From positions 384,001 to 448,000 of the forward strand of contig JBEKFP010000001.1 of NCBI GenBank assembly GCA_050013255.1: a stretch of 64,000 nucleotides of DNA. Direction: 5' to 3'. Below are positions 35,548 to 45,490 of the stretch, one piece after another. The notes beneath the pieces are model-generated. The model saw nothing but the letters and a program-made list of their open reading frames with translations, was not told the DNA's origin and made no database searches. This stretch comes from Candidatus Bathyarchaeia archaeon. GTDB lineage: Archaea > Thermoproteota > Bathyarchaeia > 40CM-2-53-6. A program made the position numbers and the translations under genes. Position 1 is the first letter of the stretch; the number at the start of each line of letters is the position of its first letter.

Positions 35548-36612
35548 ATGGATGAGACCGCATTCAGGATATTGGACACGCTTTGGAAAGAGACTGGTAG
35601 ACCTGTTTCTATACGTGAATTGACTTCCAAGATAAGGGAGTCCCACGGCACCGCCTACTATGCTAACATCTACCAGAAAGTGCGCGCGCTAACAAGGGAG
35701 GGAACGATAACTCTCACGAAGGCTGGAAGGTCTTCGATTGTCGACCTCAATTTCACCAACTATCTGCTGATCGATCTCCTCACAGAGCTGGAGCTGAAGA
35801 GAAAACACAACCTGCTGATGAAATCGAAAGAACTGCAGATGCTCTTCAAGGACGTCGAAGAACGTTATGAGGACATCCGTTCCATAGAATCGATATCAGC
35901 GATAAGCGCAGAGCGGAACCTGAAACTGAACAGAGCGGAGCTCCTGATCCTACTGCATGATTCAAGAGACAACAATCTCCACCGCGAGATAATCAAAATA
36001 CATGCGATTACGCGGGATTTACAGGCACATCATAACACCAAGATCGACACTATCATATTGACCACCGGCGCGTTTCTCGACTTCTTGACATCGGATGAGA
36101 TTAATCCACTAAGAGAGATGCTGTCCAACAAGATAACTTTCCATTCGCCGCAGGATTTCTGGACACATACCGCCGCTGCGTTGACCAGAGGATACAGGAT
36201 TAAACTACTGAAAACAGATACGAATCCTTCGAAGATATCTGAGAAGGATCTCATATTCAATCTCGCAAGGTACGGCTACAAGGAGATTGGGTTTGAGATA
36301 CGGGAAGGAGAGAAGATCTGCATCGAGTACATTATAGCATCAATGCTGATGACGGAAGAGGCAAGACGCATTAACGCTATACCGATACTTCTGGCTAAGA
36401 ACAAGGCGAACTATAGTCTGCTGATCTTCCTGTCGCAGAAGTATAGGTTTTCGGCGAGACTGTTGGGGTTACTCAAAGCTTTGAGCAGGATCAAGCCCCT
36501 GAGTGAAAATGCGACAGGGATTGATATTCTCGAAAAGTTGGGCACGAAAGAAATCAAGGCTGATGAGAAGAGCATTGAACAGAAGATGAGGCTATACAAT
36601 GCAATTAGATAG
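35548..36612 (+). CDS. wHTH protein with degenerate nucleotidyltransferase-like middle domain (AbiEi-like)
   Basis: SIRELTSKI...YANIYQKVRALTREG HTH; overlaps the downstream DUF6036 gene. Confidence 0.6.
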   Translation: MDETAFRILDTLWKETGRPVSIRELTSKIRESHGTAYYANIYQKVRALTREGTITLTKAGRSSIVDLNFTNYLLIDLLTELELKRKHNLLMKSKELQMLFKDVEERYEDIRSIESISAISAERNLKLNRAELLILLHDSRDNNLHREIIKIHAITRDLQAHHNTKIDTIILTTGAFLDFLTSDEINPLREMLSNKITFHSPQDFWTHTAAALTRGYRIKLLKTDTNPSKISEKDLIFNLARYGYKEIGFEIREGEKICIEYIIASMLMTEEARRINAIPILLAKNKANYSLLIFLSQKYRFSARLLGLLKALSRIKPLSENATGIDILEKLGTKEIKADEKSIEQKMRLYNAIR

Positions 36613-36844
36613 CAGTGCGCTAATCGAATTTCTTGAGGAAGTAGACAAGGAGCTCAATAGAACCATTACGCTCATAGCGGTCGGAGGGACAGCGATGACC
36701 CTCCTTCGCGTAAAGGCTTCTACGGTAGATGTCGACTTCACTCTGCCGGGCGAGGATTACGACGAATTTCAAAAAGCGCTCAAGAATACGCCGCACGGTT
36801 TCAAGGTAGATTACTGGAAGGACGGTATCGAGGTAGGGCTTTGA
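36599..36844 (+). pseudogene. Truncated DUF6036 nucleotidyltransferase
   Basis: IAVGGTAMTLL...STVDVDF, but only 81 aa versus 274 aa for the homologue at 13387. Confidence 0.75.
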
Positions 36845-37698
36845 AGGCCAGCCAATATCAAAGGGAGAAGGCGGAGGAGTTTCGTTCACTTCACTATGCG
36901 AAAAAGATACTCGTTCTTCCAAATGCCTGGGACGTACCAAGCGCGAGGGTCTTCGAGGATGCTGGTTTTCCTGCGATCGCCACGTCCAGCGCAGCCCTAG
37001 CGATATCGGTCGGTTATCCTGACGGTGAGAAGATCCGCAAAGAGGAACTTTTCTCGGTTGTGAAGAAAATCGCAGGCGTCCTCAGTGTCCCACTCAGCGT
37101 GGACATAGAATCGGGTTTCGGAGCCAGCATAGATTCGTTAACGGATACTATCCGCCGCGTCATTGAGGCCGGGGCTGTGGGAATAAACATTGAAGACATT
37201 TCAGACTTCGAAAAGAAAACGCTTCTCCCCGTCGAGAAACAGGTTGAGAGAATTCGGGCGGTAAGAACGGCTTCAGATTCCCTAGGCATCCCTCTCCTGA
37301 TGAACGCGCGCACCGACGCTTACCGTTTTGGGACGGGGGATGAGAGGGCTAGGCTTGATGCGGCTATTAGAAGGGAGAGGGCGTATGAAGCCGCAGGGGC
37401 AGATTGCCTCTACCCCATAGGCTTGACGGACAGGGAATCGATCCTGACATTCGTCAAGGCCGTGAACAAGCCCATGAATATAATGGCACGCAAAGGCACA
37501 CCCACAATCACTGAGCTGCAAGAGATGGGTGTCAAACGACTAAGCCTTGGCCCAGGGCCAATGTATGCAACAATGGGTCTCTTGAGAAAAATCGCGCAGG
37601 AGTTGAAGGAGAAAGGAACATACGAAACCCTCCTAACCGGCGCGATTACCTTTGACGAGTTAAATGCACTCTCCCTGCCGAGAAAATTCGCGAAGTAA
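36841..37698 (+). CDS. Isocitrate lyase/PEP mutase family protein
   Basis: LPNAWD, ATSSAA, VDIESGFG, INIED, NARTD, GADCLY. Confidence 0.9.
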   Translation: MKASQYQREKAEEFRSLHYAKKILVLPNAWDVPSARVFEDAGFPAIATSSAALAISVGYPDGEKIRKEELFSVVKKIAGVLSVPLSVDIESGFGASIDSLTDTIRRVIEAGAVGINIEDISDFEKKTLLPVEKQVERIRAVRTASDSLGIPLLMNARTDAYRFGTGDERARLDAAIRRERAYEAAGADCLYPIGLTDRESILTFVKAVNKPMNIMARKGTPTITELQEMGVKRLSLGPGPMYATMGLLRKIAQELKEKGTYETLLTGAITFDELNALSLPRKFAK

Positions 37699-37725
37699 GT
37701 TCAAGAAACACCACTGGGTCCGAAT

Positions 37726-37811
37726 GATGTCTAGCATATGTTATACACACCTAGCGGGTGAAAATACTGGGATATCTCCCTAAACGGCTTGCTCTAAGCG
37801 TTTTCTCGCCG
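37726..37811 (+). repeat. 86-bp dispersed non-coding repeat, copy 2
   Basis: Matches 29555-29640. Confidence 0.9.
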
Positions 37812-37870
37812 TTTCGTTCGTTAACAGAACCCACATTAGCAACGCCTGCAGGTAGATACTTCACTGATAG

Positions 37871-38344
37871 TTGTTGGCAGTTGATATTCGGCTTAAACGG
37901 GCTCCCGCATACAAAGTCGCCTCTATGATCCGAGTCGGATCGTACGATAGGAACATGCTCCGGTCTGAATTCAGCCAACTTCTAAAATGGGCAAACAAGA
38001 GAAAACTTCGAACAGGGAAATGGATGATGTACTTCATAGATGAGCCTGGTGGCCGTAGGCCAGCGAACAAGCTTCGGTCAGAAGCCTGCCTCCAAATCAA
38101 GGGTAAGGCGAAGAGTGAGGGGAAGATCAAGGTCAAGGAGCTCCCCGCACAAAAAGTTGCCAGTGTCACATTCAACCCAGAAAAAGTCTCACCCCGCCTA
38201 GTCTACTCGGGAATCTATGGATGGTTGAAATATGGAGGGTTCAAGGACACGGTCCTTGGCCGAGAATTATACATCGGAAACCCATGGCGCAACCCTCGTG
38301 CTTGGGCGAACGCGGAAGTTCAAGTTCCTCTGAAAAGAAGATAG
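37871..38344 (+). CDS. GyrI-like small-molecule-binding protein
   Basis: KELPAQKVAS...YSGIYGWL...RELYIGNP...EVQVPL. Confidence 0.8.
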   Translation: MLAVDIRLKRAPAYKVASMIRVGSYDRNMLRSEFSQLLKWANKRKLRTGKWMMYFIDEPGGRRPANKLRSEACLQIKGKAKSEGKIKVKELPAQKVASVTFNPEKVSPRLVYSGIYGWLKYGGFKDTVLGRELYIGNPWRNPRAWANAEVQVPLKRR

Positions 38345-38383
38345 AAACAATTTACCTGATTGACTGTAGATCGAATTCCAGGT

Positions 38384-38566
38384 TCACAATCTCATCTTAA
38401 TCTTTCTTACGAGTCTTCCTATTTTCACTCTGGCTTTTCCTTCAGCTTGCTCTACCTTACCTTTGAGCTGTGCAGTTTTGTTGTTCCTCAACTTACCTAT
38501 CTGTTCCCGAAGTTTACCTTTGATTTGTTTGCTTCTACCCCTGATTTCGGCAGCGCTAGTGGGCAT
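38384..38566 (-). CDS. CsbD-like stress protein
   Basis: IRGRSKQIKGKLREQIGKL...LKGKVEQAEGK. Confidence 0.75.
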   Translation of the reverse strand: MPTSAAEIRGRSKQIKGKLREQIGKLRNNKTAQLKGKVEQAEGKARVKIGRLVRKIKMRL

Positions 38567-38720
38567 TGGAACCTTAATCGTTTTCTTCGCATTTGCTAAC
38601 CTCTACTTCCTTGCTTGAGGACCGACACCAATTAGCTGTGTGTACACTTGGTGTAGATCAACATCGCCGCGTAGAAAAAGTGTAGATAAGACTATCTAGT
38701 AGCTCGTATGACAATCTCGA

Positions 38721-39047
38721 TTGAGAAACTTGGTTAAACAACACGGGTTGGCTAAGGCTGCCTATTACCTCGCCCTCATTGGCGGCATTCTATTGTTAGT
38801 CTTCGGCCTCCTGGCACTAGTCGGATATGCCATTTCACTGCCCTTCAACGTCCCATTGCGAGGAATGACATTTGGCTTCGCTTTCCTCCCCTTGATTCTG
38901 GGAGTTGTAGCAATTATCGGAGCCAAACGTGTCACTGAACTCCTGTGGGCCATTGTTCTGATCGTCGTTGGTTTTCTCGGCGGAGGCATTGGAGGTCTTT
39001 TGGTGCTGTTGGGCGGCTTGTTGGGGCTGATCCTTCACTTCATCTAG
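38721..39047 (+). CDS. Small Gly-rich membrane protein
   Basis: 3-4 hydrophobic helices. Confidence 0.7.
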   Translation: MRNLVKQHGLAKAAYYLALIGGILLLVFGLLALVGYAISLPFNVPLRGMTFGFAFLPLILGVVAIIGAKRVTELLWAIVLIVVGFLGGGIGGLLVLLGGLLGLILHFI

Positions 39048-39103
39048 AAGTTTAAGTTCCTCTGAAAAGAAGAAAGAGATAGTTTACTCAACTCGGCGAT
39101 GGT

Positions 39104-39526
39104 ATGGTATACATTCTCGACGAGGGCAGCTTCTTCGACGCACCGATCGATAAGGTTTGGAAGTATCTTCCGTCAGATGAGCATCGGCACAACAGCATGA
39201 AACTCATAAGCAGGGAAATGGCGAGCAGCAATGCTGTCGTTATCACAGCTGAAAGGAACTTTATGGGGAAAACGGTGAGGACTAAGATAAAGAACACTTT
39301 GTATCCTCCGTTCGGATTTGTGCAGGAACACCTTGAAGGGCCCACCGCAGGCTCAAGGGCTTTCGTGTACTACATACCAAAAGGAAACAAAACAGGAATA
39401 ACTGTAGTGGGAGAGTTTGTTATCAGCGGAGTAGATGAGAAGGGAACGAGAGACGCGGCTATGGCTCAATTACAAGTGTCGTTCGATGAAGACAATGCGA
39501 ACCTGAAGAACACGAAGCAAACTTAG
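39104..39526 (+). CDS. SRPBCC/START-like hypothetical protein
   Basis: FDAPIDKVWKYL start; EHLEGP. Confidence 0.6.
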   Translation: MVYILDEGSFFDAPIDKVWKYLPSDEHRHNSMKLISREMASSNAVVITAERNFMGKTVRTKIKNTLYPPFGFVQEHLEGPTAGSRAFVYYIPKGNKTGITVVGEFVISGVDEKGTRDAAMAQLQVSFDEDNANLKNTKQT

Positions 39527-39680
39527 TTCACTTGGCTTGAACTGACAGCCAACGTATGAGAGGCACTATTATGGCAGCCTGACCTCAAGTAGATGCATTC
39601 ATGGTGCGCGCACACACTCAAACGACAGCGATAGGGAAGAGAAGAATTCATATTAGGACAACCTTTCCAGATGAAAGGAT

Positions 39681-40217
39681 ATGAAAAGCTGTTCCGCCAT
39701 TATCCTAACGGCTGATCAGTTCGAGGACATGGAGGTATTCTTCCCGTATTTCCGATTGCTCGAGGAAGGCGTGAAAGTGCACGTGGCAGCGCCCAGTAAA
39801 GAAACAATTCACGGGGAACATGGTTACGCATTGAATCCTGACAAGACTCTGGACGAAGTAGATCCTGACGATTATGACCTTCTCATAATTCCCGGCGGGT
39901 CCCCTGACGGGGCTCCGACTTCCGTGCGCAACCATCCAAAAGCCCTTTCAATTACAAAATCGTTCTTCACCAAGAACAAAAGTGTGGCATCAATTTGCCA
40001 TGGCCCCTACACTCTTGTTTCTGCCCACGTCATAAAGGGAAGGCGTCTAACATCATACTGGCACGATGGAGTGCCAGAAGAGATCAAAGCGGCAGGAGGA
40101 GTTTACGAGGACAAAGAGGTTGTCGTTGATGGCAATCTGATCACCTCACGATGGCCACCAGATCTTCCGGCCTTCATGCACGAAGTCATGAATGCGGTCC
40201 AGAAGATCAGGAAATGA
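39681..40217 (+). CDS. pfpI: PfpI/DJ-1 family protease/deglycase
   Basis: FEDME, IIPGG, SICHGP, VDGNLITSRWPPDL. Confidence 0.9.
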   Translation: MKSCSAIILTADQFEDMEVFFPYFRLLEEGVKVHVAAPSKETIHGEHGYALNPDKTLDEVDPDDYDLLIIPGGSPDGAPTSVRNHPKALSITKSFFTKNKSVASICHGPYTLVSAHVIKGRRLTSYWHDGVPEEIKAAGGVYEDKEVVVDGNLITSRWPPDLPAFMHEVMNAVQKIRK

Positions 40218-40366
40218 TGGCGATTCCCAAACAGTCGACTTTAGTATCCACATTGACAATTGTTCCAGGTTCGGGAACCGGAGAGCTTAAAGGAATTGCG
40301 GGAGCAGGAACGTCCGTTGCGACGCCGAAAAGTTGTAACTGTGAACTAGATCATGAGCTCTCATAA
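40217..40366 (+). pseudogene. DUF3224 C-terminal fragment
   Basis: TIVPGSGTGELKGIAG motif; the N-terminal part is missing. Confidence 0.5.
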
Positions 40367-40931
40367 CTCCAAGATCGATTCACAGCCTGACGCGTTGACG
40401 GTCATCTCCGACAGCCTTGAGTCATTGGAGAAGCCGGTTGTATTGGCACTGATAGATCCGATCCGCTATCAAGAAGCGGTCATAGGGCTGCTGCGCTACT
40501 TTATGGGTAAGGTGCCCCGCGGAATCTATGTGAGTTTGAATAAACCCTACGCGGTTCTTGCAAAGACCTTTGAGAAGTCTGGAATATCAGTGGACTCTTT
40601 GTTCTTTGTAGACGCAATCACCAACGTTCCAGCCCTTCAAGAGGAAACAGATCACTCATGCCTCGGGTCGACTGTTGACTTGAGCAGCCTCTGCATAGCG
40701 ACCTCAAAAGCCGTTAATCGTTTTGCGGAGGACAAGTTCCTCGTTCTTGATAGCCTCTCTACACTTCTCATATACAACGAGTCGAAGGCCGTAGCAAAAT
40801 TCGCACATTTGCTAACCGAGAAAATGAGGCGTTGGAATACATCAGGATCCCTGCTCACAGTTGAAATGAACGCCGAAAAGGACGTGGTGTCGCAGCTTGC
40901 TCCGTTCTGCGATAAGGTTGTGAGGATTTGA
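40353..40931 (+). CDS. Inactive KaiC/RAD55-like RecA-fold protein
   Basis: GIYVSLNKP, FFVDAI, LVLDSLSTLLIYN; no Walker A. Confidence 0.75.
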   Translation: MSSHNSKIDSQPDALTVISDSLESLEKPVVLALIDPIRYQEAVIGLLRYFMGKVPRGIYVSLNKPYAVLAKTFEKSGISVDSLFFVDAITNVPALQEETDHSCLGSTVDLSSLCIATSKAVNRFAEDKFLVLDSLSTLLIYNESKAVAKFAHLLTEKMRRWNTSGSLLTVEMNAEKDVVSQLAPFCDKVVRI

Positions 40932-41962
40932 GTAGTATGTCAAAGGAGAGTGGGGTCCGGTTTGGGGTACTCGACCCTACATTGTACGGGGCCGCGAGGG
41001 TTTTTGATTATCTTGGGGTCCGCGGGCAGGATATGCTCGACAAGGTTGGTGAAGGAATCATCGAATACGGCCTCACCGAAGGCTACTTTGAACAATCAAG
41101 CAACCCACATGAATTTGTCGGCAACATTGTGAAGTTCTTTGCTCAAAACGGCTACGTGAATAACGTGAAGATTGACCAAACCGGCGAGACTATGAATATC
41201 ACGATGTGGAATTGGCGGTTTCTACCCATCATGAAGAAATTACGCAACCGCAACTCCTACCTGCTCACCTGTCCGATGTGCATAGCGAATAACGCGATCA
41301 CGAAATCAGCGGGAGTGATGGGAGAACGAATTTCGGAACAAGTTACCCCGGACGGAATGTACACGATGACGATTAAAATGGTCCCGGGCATTCGAAACAC
41401 AAGGCAAACTGTCATTCCACTCAAGCCCGCTGACCTTAGCAATACTCCACTGGCCAGCCAAATGAACGAGAGCCTAGGATTACCTGCCTTTGAAGCAGTT
41501 GCATACGGGTTAGCGCGCGCGTTCGACTACCTCGGGGCGCAAGCACAGCTCCTCCTCGATAAGGTTGGGGCCGGAGTAATTGAGTTCCTCCAGGAAGAGT
41601 TGCAAATCTCCCTACCCAATGAACCTTCGAAAGCAGTTGAGAATCTTGCTTTATTCTTCACAAAGAACCAATTGGCTGATGAGATCAGATCCCAGATCTC
41701 GCCATCTGAAGCAAAAATCTCCTTCACGAATTATAGGTATGCACGCGTACTCAGGAGACTCCTCAGCGAGGGCATCACCTTGGTCTCGTGTCCTTTCACG
41801 CTCACCGTTCGCACCTTGTTGCGTCAGAGGAATTTGGCGGCGGGCGATGTCAAATGGAAATTCGTCGGTGAGCGAGACGTCTCGCTCACCATGCCAATTG
41901 TTCGCATCGCAGACCAACAATTTGACGAAGAAAAGGTTGCCAGCTTAATGGAATCCCCGTAA
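40928..41962 (+). CDS. Internally duplicated V4R/H-NOX-like ligand-binding protein
   Basis: YGAARVFDYLG..LDKVG...TCPM repeated as YGLARAFDYLG..LDKVG...SCPF. Confidence 0.6.
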   Translation: MSSMSKESGVRFGVLDPTLYGAARVFDYLGVRGQDMLDKVGEGIIEYGLTEGYFEQSSNPHEFVGNIVKFFAQNGYVNNVKIDQTGETMNITMWNWRFLPIMKKLRNRNSYLLTCPMCIANNAITKSAGVMGERISEQVTPDGMYTMTIKMVPGIRNTRQTVIPLKPADLSNTPLASQMNESLGLPAFEAVAYGLARAFDYLGAQAQLLLDKVGAGVIEFLQEELQISLPNEPSKAVENLALFFTKNQLADEIRSQISPSEAKISFTNYRYARVLRRLLSEGITLVSCPFTLTVRTLLRQRNLAAGDVKWKFVGERDVSLTMPIVRIADQQFDEEKVASLMESP

Positions 41963-42214
41963 GGACCTGGACGCTCGATGGACCTGGCTGAACGATAATG
42001 TGCAAGATTTGGGCCCTCCATACCCCAACATGATTCCATAATTCCCCACCCCGATTAGGGATGAGTAACATAGTTTGCTCCTAATCGCAAACGCAGCAAA
42101 GTAACATGTTCTCCCCACAAAACTACACCACCCACCCCCCTCTCGCCAAAAGCGTGCGCGCACACAACAACGTAATAATCCCAACCCCAAACCGAACAAT
42201 CCAACCGCTGGGAT

Positions 42215-42715
42215 GTGCTTATGCAATCATTCAGGGTCAACCGAGACTTGCCTGAAGGAAGGTACCGGCTTCGGGAAGTGTTCTCCGGCTTGGAAGAAGT
42301 GGAAGCTCTCAGCGTATACATTGGTAGCAGAACGCGGCTCCGGCGGATCCTTGAGCAAACCGAGGTCACCATCACGCAGGATTCCGGTTACATGTATGTG
42401 AACGACGGTGACGGCAGCCTCGTCGTGAGCTTAGGGTACCTGCAAACAGCCGACGCCCACTACCTCTACCTAGACGTCATCCACGAACTAGCCCACGTAA
42501 AACAATACTTAGACGGCCGGGAATTGTTCGACGAAAACTACAGCTACGTAGACCGCCCAACAGAAATCGAAGCATACCAATGCACAGTCAAAGAAGCAAG
42601 AAAAATCGGCATGGCCGACGACGCCATCGCCGAATACCTCTACGTAGAATGGATCACACGAACGGAACATACAAGGCTCCTGAAAACGCTGGGGATACTC
42701 GCTACCCCGCCGTAG
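42215..42715 (+). CDS. Zincin-like (HExxH) hypothetical protein
   Basis: IHELAHVKQ...PTEIEAY. Confidence 0.7.
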   Translation: MLMQSFRVNRDLPEGRYRLREVFSGLEEVEALSVYIGSRTRLRRILEQTEVTITQDSGYMYVNDGDGSLVVSLGYLQTADAHYLYLDVIHELAHVKQYLDGRELFDENYSYVDRPTEIEAYQCTVKEARKIGMADDAIAEYLYVEWITRTEHTRLLKTLGILATPP

Positions 42716-42717
42716 AA

Positions 42718-43167
42718 CTACTTCTTCTCCAAGTACTTGAGAACGAAGTTCCTCGTATACCCCTCTAAATCCAACTTCAAAGCTTCTTCAGGTTTAACCC
42801 AGACATAATCCTGCAGCTCCCGCCCATCCAACTTCACCTTAGAACTCTTCGCCTTCAGAACATAGTCCATGAAGATGTAGTGTTCGTGTTTGTGAAAGTC
42901 CTTCGGGTAAATTGCCTGCTGAACAATCAGCAGCTCAACCGGTTCAGCCTCCAAGCCTGTCTCCTCCTTCACCTCTCGCCTAATCGCGTCCTCCGCCCGT
43001 TCTCCAAGCTCGATGTGGCCGCCTGGGACCGTGTACTTGCTGCCCCACTTGTGCGAGCGAACAATGAGAACCTCGCCCTTCTCGTTCACGACGAGGGCGC
43101 CGACTGTGGCTTCAGGGTAAGTTTGAGTCAAAGTAACACTTTCTCGGAAGGAAACGGCCTGGGTCAC
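42718..43167 (-). CDS. Nudix hydrolase
   Basis: PGGHIELGERAEDAIRREVKEETGL. Confidence 0.92.
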   Translation of the reverse strand: MTQAVSFRESVTLTQTYPEATVGALVVNEKGEVLIVRSHKWGSKYTVPGGHIELGERAEDAIRREVKEETGLEAEPVELLIVQQAIYPKDFHKHEHYIFMDYVLKAKSSKVKLDGRELQDYVWVKPEEALKLDLEGYTRNFVLKYLEKK

Positions 43168-43182
43168 TCGAGTTGCGGGGCT

Positions 43183-43323
43183 CTAGCTCCTGCCCATCAT
43201 CGTACCGATAACTCCAACGACCGAGATCAGGCCGCCAATGACCAGTATGAGGGGCTCCTGTGTTCTTAGGTAGACTAGGCCCGTGAAGACGACCAGTGCC
43301 GTTAGGCCTGTGACGTTGACCAT
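43183..43323 (-). CDS. Small two-TM membrane protein
   Basis: MVNVTGLTALVVFTGLVYL...LILVIGGLISVVGVIG. Confidence 0.5.
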   Translation of the reverse strand: MVNVTGLTALVVFTGLVYLRTQEPLILVIGGLISVVGVIGTMMGRS

Positions 43324-43451
43324 GGCTACTCTTGTTTGCGGCCTCAAACCCACGCACCAACCTGGCAATCAATCAAAAGCTCCCCATAGCCATCTATATT
43401 TCTATTCTTCCAAGGGAATCTAATAATCCCGCAAACCGCACTTAGCAAGCT

Positions 43452-44231
43452 TTGAGTGGCAAGGTCGTGGAAGAAGACTCTAAGAACCGGTTCTCAAATC
43501 GGGCAACCTACTACGCCAACTCTCGCCCCCGCTACCCCGAAGCCCTCCTCAACTTCATGGAAAACGAACTAAGCCTCACAAAGGCGTCGGTTGTTGCAGA
43601 TATTGGCTCGGGAACCGGTATTCTCTCGGGGCTCTTCCTCAAGCATGGCAATTCAGTCTTTGGTATTGAGCCGAACAGGGAGATGCGAAAGACCGCGGAA
43701 GAAATCCTCGCCGCATATCGAAATTTCAAAAGCAAAAATGGCACCGCCGAAGCCACGACTCTCCCAGCCGCCAGCGTAGACTTCATCACCGCCGCGCAAT
43801 CATTTCACTGGTTCGACCCCACCAAAGCCCGCGAAGAATTCTTGAGGATCATGAAACCCCAAGGCTGGGTTCTATTGATTTGGAATACCAGGAAGAATTC
43901 ACGCGGCTTCATGGAAGCGTATGAGCAACTAGTCAGCGAATATGCGGTCCGGCCGCGCTTTCGTCGGACTGCGAAAGACAAGGTTGGTGAGCAGGGCCTA
44001 ACCAATTTCCTCGGAAAGTACAAGACGAAAACATTCAGCAACAGTCAGGTCTTAGATTTTGAAGGCCTATCAGGCCGGTTGCTCTCATCCTCCTATGTAC
44101 CACTCCCCGGCGAATCTGGGTACAGTTCGATGCTGGATGGCTTGCGCAAACTTTTCGATTCCTACCAAGAAGGCGGCGCTGTTCACCTTGAGTACGACAT
44201 GGAAACATATTACGCTCAACTTACGCGCTGA
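43452..44231 (+). CDS. Class I SAM-dependent methyltransferase
   Basis: RPRYP, DIGSGTG, AAQSFHWFD. Confidence 0.9.
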   Translation: MSGKVVEEDSKNRFSNRATYYANSRPRYPEALLNFMENELSLTKASVVADIGSGTGILSGLFLKHGNSVFGIEPNREMRKTAEEILAAYRNFKSKNGTAEATTLPAASVDFITAAQSFHWFDPTKAREEFLRIMKPQGWVLLIWNTRKNSRGFMEAYEQLVSEYAVRPRFRRTAKDKVGEQGLTNFLGKYKTKTFSNSQVLDFEGLSGRLLSSSYVPLPGESGYSSMLDGLRKLFDSYQEGGAVHLEYDMETYYAQLTR

Positions 44232-44279
44232 CCAAAGAGGATGAAGATTGTTGGGGGCTAAGCTACGCCAACACCTCCT

Positions 44280-45440
44280 TTGAGCTCTATCCTGAGCAGG
44301 TTCTCCGCGGACGTAGTCAAACTCACGGCGGAAGTGTACGGCAGCGAAACCCCCGCCGTCCTAGAGTCACTAACGAAACCCGTCGGAACATATTACGTCC
44401 GCTGCAACACCTCCAAGCTCTCAGCAGAAGAACTTCTGAACAGGCTTCAAGGGCGGGGGCTCAAGGTCTCCCAACATCCACTAGTCCCCGAAGCCCTAGG
44501 CATACAAGTAGAAGGCCCCTTCGAGATTCCAACCGCCGATCGAAGGGTTGTTGTGGATAAGCATACTGCTGAATCGGTGCTACAGGGCGCGAACGTTTAC
44601 GCCCCCGGGATTCTAAACTGCGAGGGCCTTAGGGTCGGGGAGGATGTTGCCGTCGTCTCTGAGCGGGGGGATGAGCTTGCAACTGGGACGGCGAACATGG
44701 GCGCGAACGACATCCTAACCTTCAGGAAGGGACTGGCGGTGCAAGTAAAACACAGGCGCTTCAAGGCCCCCCAGGTGAGGGATTTACCGGAATTCTCGGA
44801 AGGCCTGCTCTACCCGCAGTCGCTCGCGGCCATGGTAACAGCCCACGCACTCGACCCTCAAGAGGGTGAGACCGTCGTTGACATGAACTGCTCGCCCGGC
44901 GGAAAACTGTCCCACATCAGTCAGTTGATGCACAATTCTGGAAAAATTTTCGGCTTCGATAGAAACGTGGAGAAGGTAGGGCAGGCTCGCCAGACGCTGA
45001 CCCGTTTGGGCTGCACAAATGTTACACTTACGATTCGTGATACCAGATATTTGCACCTAGACTTGGCTAATTTGCAGTCCGACCGCACCTTGATCGACCC
45101 GCCATGCAGCGCTCTCGGCCTCAGGCCGAAAATATACGACTTCTCGACCCTAGACCGCGTGAATAACTTAGCAGATTATCAGAAGCAATTCATCAAGGCT
45201 GGAAGCAAGGTAACAAAACCGGGGGGAATTATCGTCTACAGCGTCTGCACTTACACAACACAGGAATGCGAACGGGCAGTCGAATTCGCCGAGCACGAAT
45301 GCGGGCTCAGCGTAGTGGAACAGAAGCTGTTCCTCGGTTCAAAAGGCCTCGTGGCGCTCACGCCATCCGCCAGCCGTTGTCAAAGATTCAATCCAACCGT
45401 TGATGAAATCGGATACTTCATCGCAAAACTCCAACGCTAA
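44280..45440 (+). CDS. RsmB/NOP2 RNA m5C methyltransferase with PUA domain (NSUN6-like)
   Basis: GANVYAPG PUA, SPGGK, IDPPCS, YSVCT. Confidence 0.88.
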   Translation: MSSILSRFSADVVKLTAEVYGSETPAVLESLTKPVGTYYVRCNTSKLSAEELLNRLQGRGLKVSQHPLVPEALGIQVEGPFEIPTADRRVVVDKHTAESVLQGANVYAPGILNCEGLRVGEDVAVVSERGDELATGTANMGANDILTFRKGLAVQVKHRRFKAPQVRDLPEFSEGLLYPQSLAAMVTAHALDPQEGETVVDMNCSPGGKLSHISQLMHNSGKIFGFDRNVEKVGQARQTLTRLGCTNVTLTIRDTRYLHLDLANLQSDRTLIDPPCSALGLRPKIYDFSTLDRVNNLADYQKQFIKAGSKVTKPGGIIVYSVCTYTTQECERAVEFAEHECGLSVVEQKLFLGSKGLVALTPSASRCQRFNPTVDEIGYFIAKLQR

Positions 45441-45490
45441 GCACGAAGCTTTAACGCCCAACCTGCCCGAATAATGGGCAGGGAGAATGG

